A program made the translations under genes and the position numbers. From NCBI RefSeq assembly GCF_009914755.1, contig NC_060934.1: DNA of 64,000 bases; one strand, written 5' to 3'. Of the stretch, positions 29,320 through 43,500 are shown in pieces. The notes below the pieces were generated by a model that searched no databases, was not told the origin of the DNA, and worked only from the letters and a program-made list of their open reading frames with translations. Source of the DNA: the human T2T-CHM13v2.0 reference genome, Homo sapiens. Each line of letters opens with the position of its first letter. Position 1 is the stretch's first letter.

Positions 29320-30770
29320 TCCAGTTAAAGACAGTGGATGAACACACATATTCAGCTTCTCTCCCTCCTAAAACCCCAACACCACAAAATTATTTCTTTT
29401 TAAATGCATAAATCTACAAGGACAAAGATAATAGGACAAAGATTAAAATGTTAAGCTCTTTAAAGCTGGAAATCTGATAGATGACAGCAACTAACTTAGG
29501 CCCAATAAGCCAAATCTTCCAGTTTGTAAAGCCCCATTCTTAATCATGAATGGACATTCAAAGATCATAAAGAAAATATCTAACATGAAAGACAGAAACA
29601 GAGGAAAAAAGCAACTTGAAGGAAATAAAAACTATGCAAAAAAAGCTTAAAAAGTTATCATTAACCTCCTCAGAGAACTAAAGGAAAATGCTGTCATGAA
29701 ATAGTAGGATTCTATACAATAAAAGCAATCAGAGAATAAAAAAACTGTCAAAAAATTTTAAAAAAACATTATAACAAACATGAAAAATTGAATAGAAGGG
29801 TTAGAAGGTAAACGTAGGAAATATCCTAAGAATACAGCTAAAAAGCAGATGCGGAAGGCAGAAGAAAAGGTAAGGCTGTCATAAGACAGTAAGTCAATAT
29901 CTAACAGAATTCCAGAAAGAACAGAGAGAACAGAGAAAACAGAGGGGGGAATTCAACAATGATACACTTCAAGAAAATTTCTAAAAATGAAGGATGCAAG
30001 TTTCCAAGAAATGAAAATAGACCCCACCAAGGAATATTATGAAATTTCAGAACACTGAAAATAAAGAAAAGAATGAAAAACCCGAGAGAAAAAAGTAAGA
30101 AAAATGAAGTCACCTACAAAGGACTGGGAGACAGTCTTAGCCTTCTCACAATCAACACTAGATACTAAAAGATAATGAGCAATGCCTTCACCATTCTGAA
30201 GCTCAGTGATTTCTAATCTAGAATTCTATCCCCAGCCACACTGTAAATTAAACGTGAATGTGACAGTCTCAGATATATAACAACACAAAAGTCTTACCTC
30301 CCATATGAAATTTTCTAGGACACTTCCAGAAAATGTGCTCCTCCCAAATACGGGAGTAAACCAAGAAAGAAGAGAATATGCAATGAGGGAAACTGGGAAT
30401 CCAATACATAGGCAAGATATAAGAAATGCCCAGAAAGGTGTTAAAGAGAGGATCCCAAGATGTGGTACACAGCAGGCCTAGAGAGCAAGTAGTCTGGACT
30501 GGAGCAAAGCGTAAGACTCCAGGTAAGATTTCTCCGAGATGTAATTGATAAGATAGCTGATATGGCTTAAAATATTAAGAGGAAATTTACATAGAAGGCT
30601 GTTTATGGTTAAAATAGTGGTAAGTGCATAGAAAAACTTTAAAAGACACAATTACTAAATCCAAGGAAAACACAATTTGTGTGTGTGCAGAAAATTTAAA
30701 GTAATCAAACTATACTATATTACCCAGCACATTTGTGAATCCTGTTTACACACTGTAAACACCAGATAAG
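29320..30770 (+). mobile_element. HAL1 (ORF1-only L1-related element), degenerate
   Basis: A-rich ORF1-like region with 'gcaatgccttc..cattctga', 'ctagaattctatccccagcca', 'gggagtaaaccaagaaagaaga...gaaactgggaatccaa'. Confidence 0.7.
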
Positions 30771-31231
30771 AAATGGGGGAGGAGGAAGAGAAACAAGCAT
30801 AACAGGCATAACAGGAACTTAAGTCCACAAGAGGCCTTGTGGAACTATGGAATCCTTTAAAAAATCAAAGGTGTATGACTGCAATAAAAACAAAACCTAC
30901 AATTTAAAAAGAGACGATGATTACAATCTATACCTAATATTTATTATACCATCTGACAACTTACAAATTACTTTCACAAGTGTCTAATGATTTAACATTT
31001 ACCACAGCAAGTTAGGGACCCCCCCCCAAACCCCTCAACCCTCACTTATAGAGACAAGGGAATCACCTCGGGGAAATTAAGTAACTTGATCAAAGTGACA
31101 GAACATCAAGGTGGCAGACACAGGACTAGAAAGAGCGGGGCATGCACAGGAGTGTGGGATTTACAATATGGTTGATATTAATGACGTGAGTGGGCAACTA
31201 TAGGGAGAGAGCCAAATTGAGTTTTGGAGTT

Positions 31232-31692
31232 CAGTGGCTCTCACACTTGAGCATGCCTAAGAATCACTTGGAGTTCCACCTAGACAAAGTATGCGAAGTA
31301 GTCAAGTTCATGAAAACAAAAAGTAGAATGGTTCCTACCAGGGGTTACAGGAGGGAGAGAAGGGGAGTTGTTTAATGGGTTTTCATGGGTATGAAGTTTC
31401 AGATTTGCAAGGTGAAAAAGTTCTGGAGATCTGTTGCACAACAATGTGAACGTGCTTAACACGAGTCAACCATACACTTAAAAACAGTAAAGAAGGCAAA
31501 TTTTATGTTGTGTGTTTTTACTACAATATGTTTTATAAAAAAGAATCACCTGGAAGACTTGTTAAAACACTGATCACCACACCCCACCCCCAGAGTTTCA
31601 ATTCAGTAGGTCTGGGTGAGGCCTGAGAATTTCCTCTTCTAACAAGTTACCTGATACTGCCATCCCAGGGACCAAATTTTAAGAACTATTGC
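31232..31692. mobile_element. MER5A interrupted by an L1MB 3' fragment
   Basis: 'cagtggctctcacacttgagcatgc', 'cccacccccagagtttcaattcagtaggtctggg', 'tttaagaacta'. Confidence 0.8.
31273..31540 (+). mobile_element. L1MB 3' end
   Basis: 'gtagtcaagttcat..aaacaaaaagtagaatggt', 'gttctggagatctgttgcacaacaatgtga'; TSD aagaatcac(t/c)tgga. Confidence 0.85.
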
Positions 31693-33619
31693 TCTAGTTC
31701 AAAAATATTCTCAGTTTTGAATGCACAGCAACCTCCAATGAGACCCCAGACCAAGTAAATAAGTATGTAAGGAGCGGGGAGTTATGGAACTGCACATTCA
31801 GTGCTTTTAAAATCCCTCAGGGTGATTCTAATGTGCAGCCAGTGGTAGAGACCCTGGACTGGACACTGGCCACACCAGTCGGCAGTACAGCGTCTGTGAT
31901 GCTAAGAGCAGACTTGTGCCACTCAGCCATATCCTGAGGCTGCAGGTTATGCCTCAATTTCCTCATCTAGAGAATAATGATCACAGAGTTGTGGAGAATA
32001 TGAAATAGGATAACCAACAAAATAACTCAGAGTGGTGCCTATCACATAATGAATAATAATGTTGTTGCTTTTGTTGCTGACATTACAGGAAATAAGGTTG
32101 ACCTTGTTTTCTCAGATGTAAAATGGGGTCAGGTTAAAGGCAACGAAGGAACTATTAATATTCAATCCCTGACTATGCAGCAAGGCAAAAGACTCCTAAG
32201 GAGCTAAGAACAAAATAAATGGGATTACATCTAAGAACCTATTATAATTCCCACAAATATTTGGCAAACTTAGGGTCATTTTTCTAGAATAAGTAGCTAA
32301 TCCCTTTACTCTCTGAATAGGTGTTGTTCTTTGGAATAAAAACACCATTGTAAAGCCAGGTGTGGGGATCAATACTCAGACACCACATCCTCCATCTAAA
32401 GAAACAACAAAAACAATGTGATGTGTCCAGACAGAAGTAATGCAGGACTCACAGGTGAAGTTCTTGAAGACATCTACATGGTAAACAATTTCTTGTCAAA
32501 AGAAATTGAGAAAAAGACAAAGCCATGATCCATTTATGAAATATCTGAGACTCCCACATCCTAGGCACAGTGGCCGTCTGCAAGGAAACAGCAACCGCAG
32601 GGCAGAGCCTGTCCTGCAGTGAAGAAGCGGCTCTGGCCCTCCAGCAAGCTTTGTGAATGCTGAATGGCAAGCACTATTTTTCCTCAAAAGCACGGCAGAG
32701 AGCACCAAAATTGTGTTTTCTGCTAAGTTTTTCCTTGCTTTCATAGCTGCATAGCTTGGGAGCGTATCAGAGATTACTTACAAATACTTTAAGCTTCCAA
32801 TGTCCTGAGTCCACAGTAAATAATACAAAGAAATCACTATTGTCCTCAGAGAACAGCAAGACCCTCCCTAGATGTCTGGGCCATACCAACATCTGAGTCT
32901 CGAGAAAAAAATCTCCTTCATTAAGTCATTTGGATAATTTCCCCACAAAACATTCTCAACAACTGTGGGAAAATATTCCTAATGAGGAAAATGGCATCTA
33001 TTTGCAGACAGAACTGGCTGGCGGTCGTGAGAGCAGCACTCTGCAGTGGTCCAAACCTCTCAGAGTCAGCAATTCTGTCCTCACACCACACTGAAGGGTT
33101 CAAGTCACCTCCTGACCATAAAAAGCTTTGTCTCCTCTGAAACTCAGAATACTGGATCTGATTAAACCATCAGCAAACATTTCCCAAGCAAGTGCCCACC
33201 CTGGATATGGCTGATTGTCCCAAGCATGTGCCCGGCAGGATGGAAAAATTTCTTCTTAGGAATGTTCCCTTAAATGTTTCTGGGGGCACCGTTCATGTGG
33301 GAAGCTAAAGACCAACGTTCAAGTGGAATATACAGAAACACTGCCTTTCTTGTACCACGCAGGTACTTTAATCCAGGCCTACTTTCTAGTGCTTTTTCCC
33401 TCTCTGCTTCCTTGATTTATTACTAACCCAAATGCCCCACAATCATAACACAGAGGCAAGTGTGGGGACAGGGAAGAAGTCAGGTCCAAACCAGTGTTGA
33501 CCCTTACAGGTCATGTGAGTCTGAACTTCCTTATCTGTCAAATGAAGAGGACACTTGCTCCCCTGCCAGCAGGACAGCTTTAAAGGTTGACAGTAATAAC
33601 CAGGGATAGAGAGGCTAGC

Positions 33620-33830
33620 GTGCATGAGGCACTATTCTAAGTGCCCTGCAAATGTCCATTAATTCGATCCTTCTCAGAACTCTTTTAGGTAAATACCTTT
33701 ATCCCCATTGCACATTTGAGAAAACTGAGATACAAAGAGGTTAAGTAATTGGTCAAAAGCTCATGCAAGCTAATAACTGAACCTAGTCTAGCCCCAGAAT
33801 CCATGTTTTTAATCACTTCTTTATCCTGCC
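33620..33830 (-). mobile_element. MIR
   Basis: 'tatccccattg...gagaaaactgagatacaaagaggttaagtaa'. Confidence 0.7.
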
Positions 33831-33929
33831 TCCCCAATATCTCCTAAAGGTCAAACAAGAATACATCTGAAAATGCTTTTCAAACCATTAAAAGATACAT
33901 TAATAATAATCATTATAATAATTAGTATA

Positions 33930-34365
33930 CCTCCCAGCACCCCCAATCCTCTTGGTAACTGCCCTGATTCACCCTTGGAGGGAACCATTCCCAGCTATCA
34001 TCAGTTCATGCTTCACCTTCTGCAGAAGATGTGCTGACCTCAGGCCCTGGAGTGAAGCACATGATCTGGCTATCCAATCGGAATAGGCCAATATACCTGG
34101 CCACAGCCACTGGTCCAGCATGAGGCACATGACTCATCATGACCAGGAAGTTTGTTTGTAACTAAGCAAACCTGAAGCTGCTAGAAGTCTCCATTCAGAG
34201 CCCAAAAACATGTAGCCAAGATGAATCCTCATGACATCATTTTGATCCTTAGTCTAGCCCCTCCTGAAGGCAGATCCAGTCCTTAGATTTGCAATTACTT
34301 AAGGCCATAGACTTTTTCACTTGAGACAGTTTGAAATGAGTTTTCTGTCACTTGCAACCAAGGCA
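33930..34365 (+). mobile_element. Ancient MaLR/ERVL LTR (subfamily uncertain)
   Basis: 'ctggccacag', 'cctgaagctgct', 3' end 'gttttctgtcacttgcaacca'. Confidence 0.55.
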
Positions 34366-34811
34366 CTCTGTTCTATCAACTAAATTTACCTATACTTTCA
34401 GTACTTTCCCCTCTCTAAAAATAAAACTTGAAGACTATTCAAGTGAATTTTAATTGGCTAGTCTTGACAAAGCAACACTTCTGAGGCTGGACTTCCTGAC
34501 AAGATAACTCCACATTATGTAGAACAGACTTCATTTTTCCAATGCCACAGAACAAGGAATCTGGCCTATCAAAAAATTTGTTTCAGAAAATTTCATTTTT
34601 AATCAAAAGAACTAAGCCTACAGTTTCCAACTTTGTAAGAAAACAACTATGATATTTATTTTCTCAGCCTTCTCAATTCTTGTTTTTCCTCTAAACAACT
34701 ATCCATATAGAATCACTAAAAAGAATATGACTGAATTCTTTAAAACATTTTAAACACAAAAAGTAGAAGACATGAATGGCTATAGATCATTTCTTCCTCC
34801 TAAAGAAGATT

Positions 34812-35127
<316 letters not shown>

Positions 35128-36305
35128 TTAACTTTATTAATTTTGGCAACAAAACAAACCAGTTTGGAGTTTTCATCACATTCATTAAGCTATTTATTGT
35201 ACCAGTTCACATTCCTTCCCTGTGGTTTCTTCAGAAGCCTAAGATTTCAGAGGAAAGCACTATGGGTCACCCAGATCACTGCCTCAAAAGGTGACAAATA
35301 GCATCCCATTTGATGTCTGATGGCTCCCAAATCCATGTGTAAGTATGACCAGGGCTTCCTGCATTTTCACATCTTTGAATTACTGCACATAGCTAAATAA
35401 CTGCAACTATAACATCCAAACAAATTCCCACTTCCTGAAAGACCTCTCAGGCTGAAAGAAGGCAATGATGCAGACATCATGGCTGAAGATGGTTCACTGA
35501 TATGGTTTGACTTGCTTCCTTTACATTGGTCTGAGGACAGTGTAGGGGTGGTGAATGGGCAGTCACTCACAGCCCCAGTGTCCACCCATAATATATATAC
35601 AAGCACATATGAAAATGCTACACAGGTGTAAAAGATGTTAAAAACAAGTTTCAAATTCCTTAATGTAAAAAAATACTTCTATATTTTCTATTAAGAAGAA
35701 ACAAACTTTTATGACTTTGATAAGCAAATAGATAAGCACACAAACAGAGATAGATTAATTTGTTATGCTGCATTCCAAACTTTATTATCCAAACTCTATT
35801 ATCTTGGTTGGCTGTTGTTTCTATTGAGGTTTATTATTAAAGTAGCACAAGACTGACCATATGCTTGGCTTGCTTTAGTAAGCACTTCAAAACTCATCCC
35901 TTCTCCAGACATGGCTACCTTCAAACAGTCTGGCATTACCACATGTAAACAATTAGGACATTTAAAACTACAGTAATTGTGCAAACATCACATTACATAC
36001 TCCTCATTACGGAAGCAAAAAATCAAATTATGTAGGGTAAGTGTTTATCAAGTTTATAAAATTAATAAAGATAGCTGACATAATAGTTTTAAATTGAGGA
36101 TTTTTAGTTCCACTTCCATATTATACTTTTTATTCTAAAAGCAGCTATGCTGAGAATAAGCCCCATGTGGTTGGTGCACACGGAAATGCGCTACCTGCAT
36201 AACTAGAAGAGCTGACAGGGGATGCCCCTACACCACGATGTCATATTTTTGATTTATAGAAAGCACAATCATGGAATGGAATTTCAAATTCATAGGAGAC
36301 TCTTT

Positions 36306-36343
36306 TACTATACTTGATCTTAGCCAAAAGGCCAAGAAGTGAT
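36306..36343 (-). pseudogene. U2 snRNA retropseudogene, 3'-truncated (nt 1-38)
   Basis: Minus strand ATCACTTCTTGGCCTTTTGGCTAAGATCAAGTATAGTA vs U2 5' end ATCGCTTCTCGGCCTTTTGGCTAAGATCAAGTGTAGTA (35/38); imperfect TSD aggagactctttt / aggagcttctttt. Confidence 0.92.
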
Positions 36344-36544
36344 AGAGGAGCTTCTTTTAAACTCCTCAAGACCAAGAACCATATCTGATTTTCACCATTT
36401 TATGCCTGAAATACAATAGACACTCTGTAAATACGTGTTGGATGAATACATGAATGAGAACATTAACACTAAATTTAATGGGCTCAGATTACTACATGAC
36501 TACAGAGGTTATGATTACTATGTCCTTGCTTTTATGAAGTAAAG

Positions 36545-36735
36545 CAGGAGCTGGCAAACTTTTTTGTAAAGGGCTAGATGGTAAATATTTTAGGCTTTGT
36601 AGGCCATATGGTCACTGTTGCAACTACTCAACCCTGGTCTCTTTTGCAACTATTCAACTCTGCAGTTATAGCAAAATATGTAAACAAATGAGCATGACTT
36701 TTTGAATAAAACTTTATGTATAAAAACAGAATTTT
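36545..36735 (+). mobile_element. MER58A fragment
   Basis: 'caggagctggcaaactttttt..gtaaagggctagatggtaaatattttaggctttg', 'aataaaactttat'. Confidence 0.8.
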
Positions 36736-37945
36736 TCCATAAAAACACCCAAATCCTCTGAGGAACACTTTCTTATTATATAATGATGACTCTACTCTCT
36801 GAAGTTTGGAAAATGGTGGACTTGCTAAATTGAGCTGGACAGAGTTTGTTGGGTTGATATTTGGGCAGAGGATATACACTCACTCTCCACCATGCCCATC
36901 AATCCTTATGAGCAACCCCATTCATTTCAGTCACGTTACCAGCCTGGCCCATGTAAGCCTCTGAATTTACATCCCTGAACTCTACAGAACAACTGGCTTC
37001 CGGGGATGTGGCCCACTGCCATACCTGTGAATTGATAACTATACTACAGGCTCCTCAAGGGCAAGCCCAAACGTTCAACTCTTTGCCCCTCACCTAACAC
37101 TTAATATCAACACCTAATGAACTTTAAATATTCATCAATTGCCTGTTGTTTGACATGTTCTGCACAGTCTCCTTGGAGGGGCTGTAGAGAAAGTAATAAT
37201 GGCAGAGAAGAGGACGTAGAAAACATGTGCCAGTAGGGAACGACGTGAGAAGGGACATGGTGAGTCACAGGAAGAGCAGCAGGAATCAGCACAGGACTGA
37301 TGAAACCACACCCAATTCTCCCAAGTGTGTCTCAATCTTCTCGCTGCTGTCTAGATTCCTCCCTCATATCACAGCAGAAGCTGAGCACAACCTGGTACTA
37401 TTTCCACTATAACCATGATGAGGAGAAAACCTTGTTTAATTCTCATTTCCTCTGGAGGGTGCCCCAGATGGGTAAACCCAAACAATTACCCACATCTAGT
37501 AAAATAAATAAATTGTTATATTCTCCCACAATGGAATGCTCTAAAGAAATGAAAATGAGCAATCAATAACTAAACTATATGCAATAATATGCAGGAATCT
37601 AATATGTTGTTGAATGAGAGAAGCCAGACACAAAAGAGTACAATCTGCATTATATATTACACACACACACAAAGAAAAGACAAATGCAGAACTAATTTAT
37701 GCTCCTAGAAGTCAAGAGAGTAGTCATCCATGGAGCAAGGGTACAGTTGACCCTTGAACAACACTGGTTTGAACTGTAAGGGGCCACTTAAAGGCAGATT
37801 TTTTTCAATAAACACATTGGAAAATTTTTTGGAGATTTGCAACACTTTGAAAAAGCTCACAGATAAACCAAATAGCCTACAAATAGCAGAAAAAAAAATT
37901 AAGGAAATATGAGGTATGCTGTGAATGCATAAAATATATGTCATT

Positions 37946-38356
<411 letters not shown>

Positions 38357-39296
38357 TTATACTTGGATTTTCAACTGCACCCCTAATCCCCAAATTATTT
38401 AAGAGTCAACTGTAGTGTCTAAAAGGAAGCATGAGATTGTGTTAGTCATGCTCTGTTTCTTAATCTGGGTGCTGGTTACATGGATGTGTTCAATCTGTGA
38501 AGTTATATTGAGCTATACACTTATAATATGTCTATTTTCCATATGTATCTTCTACTTCAGTAGAAAGTTTTTTAAAATCACCATATCTCAGTGGTCTAGG
38601 ACTAGACAGGACCCCATATGTCTTCCCTTCATTCATCCTTCAAAACCCCCTTTGCCTCACGTGGAGTCCCACTCACTCCTCCTCATCTTTTCAAAGCATA
38701 ACCATACAGAGGCCAAAGAATAAAAAAGCAAAACTCAATCATTCTGAGCTACCCGTGATTCCAGACACAACTCCTTCTGAATGCCAGTATCTTTTGAAGA
38801 ACCTTTACTGCTATCACTGACCTTTTGTTCTAAATCAGAAATGAGAGTATAAGAAGCCACTGCTGCCCTAAATGGCTCACTTAAATAGACTTTCTTTAAA
38901 ATATGCTCTAAATAGGCAACCTTATAGACACAAATGTCTGTAAAACAATGCTTAGATACACAGGGACGACTTGAGGAAGATACCGTAAATAAATAGTAAC
39001 TGAGATTGGAAAGCAGAACAGTCGACAGCCATCTTGCAAGAACCACAGATAACTGATGGTGTAATTGGCTATAATGTGTAAAGATCTACAACTGTAATCA
39101 TAGCTGAACATGTCTTTGAGATTTTAAGTAAAGTTTCAATGTAGGTAGTCAAATTATGAGGCTGGGAATCATTTTTAATCTCTCTAATGCTGATTTTAAT
39201 ACATTAACCTATATAACATCAACTTCACAGTACCAGTCATATTCTTTCCACATTCTCCTATAAGTTTAGGTTTAAAAAATCAGCTAAGACCTTTGA

Positions 39297-39654
<358 letters not shown>

Positions 39655-39884
39655 TGATCAGGGAGAAGGTGAGGCTGGTGATCAGATCCACTGACCTAAC
39701 CATGAAACATCAGCCATGGCGGGGATGGGTAGATTACATGAAGAAAGCACAGTAATTTCTCTCTTGGGGTATATGTACAGTACAAGTTCCATGCCTTTAT
39801 ATTCAGATTTTTCTCATATCAAATTCATATTACTTATCTGTTCATTAAAGAAATCACTCTCTCTCTCTCCGTGTGTGTGAGAGA

Positions 39885-40376
39885 GATAGACTGGGACTCA
39901 CTGTCGCCCAGCCTGGAGTACAGTGGCATAATCATAGCTTACTACACCCTCCAACTCCTGGGCTCAAGCGATCCTCCCACCTCAACCTCCCAAGTAGCTA
40001 GGACTACAGGCATGTGCCACCATGACTGGCTAAATTTTTAATTTTTTGTAGACAAGGTCTTGCTATTAAAAATGGTTTTGGGTTTTATTTTTTGAGACAG
40101 GGTCTTGTCTGTCACCCAGGCTGCAGTACAGTAGCTCCATCACGGCTCACTACAGCCTCGACTTTGTGGGCTCAAGCGATCCTCCCACCTCAGCCTGCTG
40201 AATAGCTGGGACCACAGGTGTGCACCACCACACCCAGCTAATTTTTTTTGTATTTTTTCTAGAGATGGGTCTCACCTTGTTGCCTAGGCTGATTTTGAAA
40301 TCCTGGGCTCAAGCGATCCATTCCCCTCAGCCTCCCAAAGTGCCGGGATTACAGGTGTAAGCCAGCACGCCTGGCC
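39885..40376 (-). mobile_element. Partial AluJ followed by a full AluJ
   Basis: 'cctgggctcaagcgatcctcccacctca' J-type motifs; second copy (about 40080-40376) flanked by taaaaatg(g)tttt. Confidence 0.85.
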
Positions 40377-40757
40377 TAAAAATGTTTTTAATCTGACTTT
40401 ATTTCTATCAACAGTGAAGGGAGCATAACTCAGTTACACACTTCAGTACAAAACTATAAATTTAATTAAATGGTTCTGTGCCACGTAGTTCTAAAAGGTC
40501 TTTCAGGGAAGAATATCCTTATTTGTAAGAGCTGCATCCCAAGAATTTAGGAAAAAATGTCATAATATCTGCAACTTCTACATGTTTCAGCTAAAAAATG
40601 TACAAACCTATACACACACCAAAAAATGTGGCAAAATGCTAATAACTGTTAAAGCTAAGGTGTAGATAGGCAGGAACTCATTGCACGTTCTCTTAACTCT
40701 CTTCAGTATGGTTGAAAATGTTTTACAATAAAAAGCTGCATAGAAATATTTACTTAC

Positions 40758-40852
40758 CTTTCAAATGATGGCTGTCTTCTTTCTCCTGATCAAAAATGAA
40801 TGACTAAATATGCCCACGGGCCCATTCAGGGATCGTACATGCTGTCGTCATG
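40758..40852 (-). other. SGMS1: 95-nt internal non-coding (5'UTR) exon; host tentatively SGMS1 (exon 2)
   Basis: Seen: acceptor ctttgcttattcttgcag|C, donor AAG|gtaagta, unique CpG-retaining sequence, stops in all three frames. The exon call is stronger (~0.85) than the gene name, which rests on an unverified recollection that SGMS1 has a 95-nt 5'UTR exon 2 between very long introns with a U7 pseudogene nearby. Confidence 0.55.
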
Positions 40853-41099
40853 CTGCAAGAATAAGCAAAGCAACATGCGTGTTATCACCAAGAATTTTTA
40901 CTCTTAATACTATTTCAGTTGAGAACGTGTTCTTAATATATGATAAGCCTCTAAATTTAAATACTGCTACAACTTTTTAATAGGGGAAAAAGTAAAAAAA
41001 GAAAAAATAATCCCATCACATATTGAATGTAGGGAACAACTATCAGCCCCACCCACTCTAGGAAATTTTGGAATAAAGGAATTCCTCTGTAAGTTTCTT

Positions 41100-41440
41100 T
41101 TTTTTTCCCTCCAACTTTATTGAAGTATGATTGACAAATAAAAATTACATATATTTAAAGTGTACAAGGTGATGGTTTTATATATGTATACATTGTGAAA
41201 TGATTGCCACAAACTACTTAACATATCTATCACCTCATACAATTCCCTTTTTTTTGAGGAGTTTTCTGGTAAAAACAAGAAAACTTGCTAGATAAATTCT
41301 AAAAGAGCCTTACAGTGTAGTTACCATTTGTGTGTGTGTGGTGAGAACACATAAGGTCTACTGTCTTAGCAAATTCAAATATACATTATTATTCCCTATA
41401 GTCACCATGCATTAGGTCTTCATCTTATAGCTGAAGGTTT
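41100..41440 (-). mobile_element. L1MA (MA8/9-like) 3' end interrupted by a U7 copy
   Basis: 'ctttattgaagtatgattgacaaataaaaatt', 'gtggtgagaacac..aaggtctact..cttagcaaatt'. Confidence 0.8.
41257..41317 (-). pseudogene. U7 snRNA retropseudogene, near full length, polyadenylated
   Basis: Minus strand CACTGTAAGGCTCTTTTAGAATTTATCTAGCAAGTTTTCTTGTTTTTACCAGAAAACTCCT matches U7 (GCTCTTTTAGAATTTGTCTAG plus 3' hairpin); A8 tail at 41248-41255. Confidence 0.9.
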
Positions 41441-43500
41441 GCCTCAGTTCCTGTCGAATCACAGCAATTTCAGGGCAGTGATGTAGCCCAAACATCCACT
41501 CTAACAAAAACTGGAGCTTCAATGACTTGAGATTTACTCTGACCTTGGATTTCTGAGACCACACTTAGAAGGCATCCACGTACCCACCTAGAACCACACA
41601 GGAATTGCTGAACCTCCTCAAATCCTTTCCAGCAAAGGTATTCAGATCCAATCTACAGCATACTCAACTACAATACACACAAGTTTGCGGCAAAGTGGTA
41701 TCATGGCCTGAAAGTCATACTCCTGTTGCCATGACGATACCTTCTGTTTTGGCATTACCCATCACATTTGATCACAGCCCTGTGAGGTAAGCAGGGTTTA
41801 TGGATCCCATTTTCCAGAGAAGGCAGCTAAGCGTCAGAGATGATATCTGACAAGGATATTCAACTAGAAAGCACCAGAGATTAAACTCCTATTTGTCTTC
41901 TGACCCCAAGCCCCGGGCTTGTCTCACTATACAGATCACCTCCACCCTCCTGCTCCCGAACATGATGCCTTCCTTAAAACCAACCCCACAGCCAAATGGC
42001 CAAACAAAACATCACACCAGGGAGGCAGCCGGGCACTGCAGTGTGCTCCCTGAAAGCATATATTCACAATCTTTCTTAATAGTACCATTAATACTATAAT
42101 CATTATTACCAATTACTATAATTACTATTAGTAATTATACTTCTCTTGTAGACACAATAACCCTTAATGTATTTTTGTCATTTATATACATACATGCACT
42201 TTATTTTTTCCTTCTTCCTCAAAAGAGCACACTGTTCACTAACAGAAGGAAAACAAGCATCACACTGCATCGCTGGCGATTTTTAACCTCTCCATAATGA
42301 AAGGCAGTTATATTTGCTGTTGAGGATTTTCCTTTCATTTTTATAAAACGCAAAATACACTAGAATATAATGCCACAGACACAGCTCCGCAAATAAAGAT
42401 GGAAGCAGCATCAAAACTACAGTTGGGGAGAACGTGACATCTCTGCATGATGGCCCTACTTGGCGCTTCATCTGCTAATCACCAGAATTCTGTAGACACA
42501 GAGAGTTAGCAGTATCAATGACTAACACGCGAAGTACTGGTGTACAAAAGCCTAAAGAAAGCCAGTCTGGAACCCCGTGCACCTGGCTCTCAGGCCTATC
42601 TCCTCCACTTTTTAGCTTCATTAAAAATGGAGAGAACCTCTTCCGGCTGCTTCCTCACCTGAGGGCTGCAACACCTGCTCACAAGGATGTTGGGATCCAC
42701 AAAGGGGAGATGGTGCGACTCACTGCCTCACAACCCAGAACACTTAGACCCCCAGGAATACTCACTAAGAAGTTATGCCAAGAGCCAAACAAAGCTAAAG
42801 AAAAATAAACATGACATAGCTTCCAGAAACATCAGTGTTACTCAAAGATTTTGGTGAGGGAAGGTTAAGTAAATGAATCAATAATTTAAAAGTTGTTAAC
42901 ATTAAAACAAGTATAAATTATGGATTAGAATGTAATCGTTGCATAGATTTTTAAGCTAAGGCCCCTGTCCTTGCTTGCCTAGGTCATTTTTGGCCATGCT
43001 CTTAGATGTGGGGGTGAGTAGAAAGGGGTGGACCCTTCTCTCCTTTTTCATTAAAGATGCTCTTGGGAAAAAGTATGGGGCTGAAACAGATTTTAATATC
43101 ACAATGGCCCTTCATGTGGAGAATTCTCTTCAAAATCAAGAGTCTCAGATTGTTGCCAGATCTAGGTACACGTAGAATGAAGTCCAGGCACGTATCATCC
43201 CATCTCCCACCACAGATCCCGGCGCAAGTATTACTGAAGTTCCTTTCCTCATGGCCTTTCCCACCCACTCCCCTGTCTCAGGTACGTTCTTGTCAGGCAA
43301 GCTCAGGCCACTCAAATACTCAGCTACATCACTGACATTTCTTTAAACCCATACTAATTGGTAACACATTCAGTATCTATAAAACTTTTCATTTAAATGG
43401 ATGGCTGCACTATTACTAAAGAAAAATGAGCTCGCCAATTTAGTTTGTCTCTAAAAAAATGTTTACTGTGAAATATACTATATTTAAAAGTGCGTTTAAC

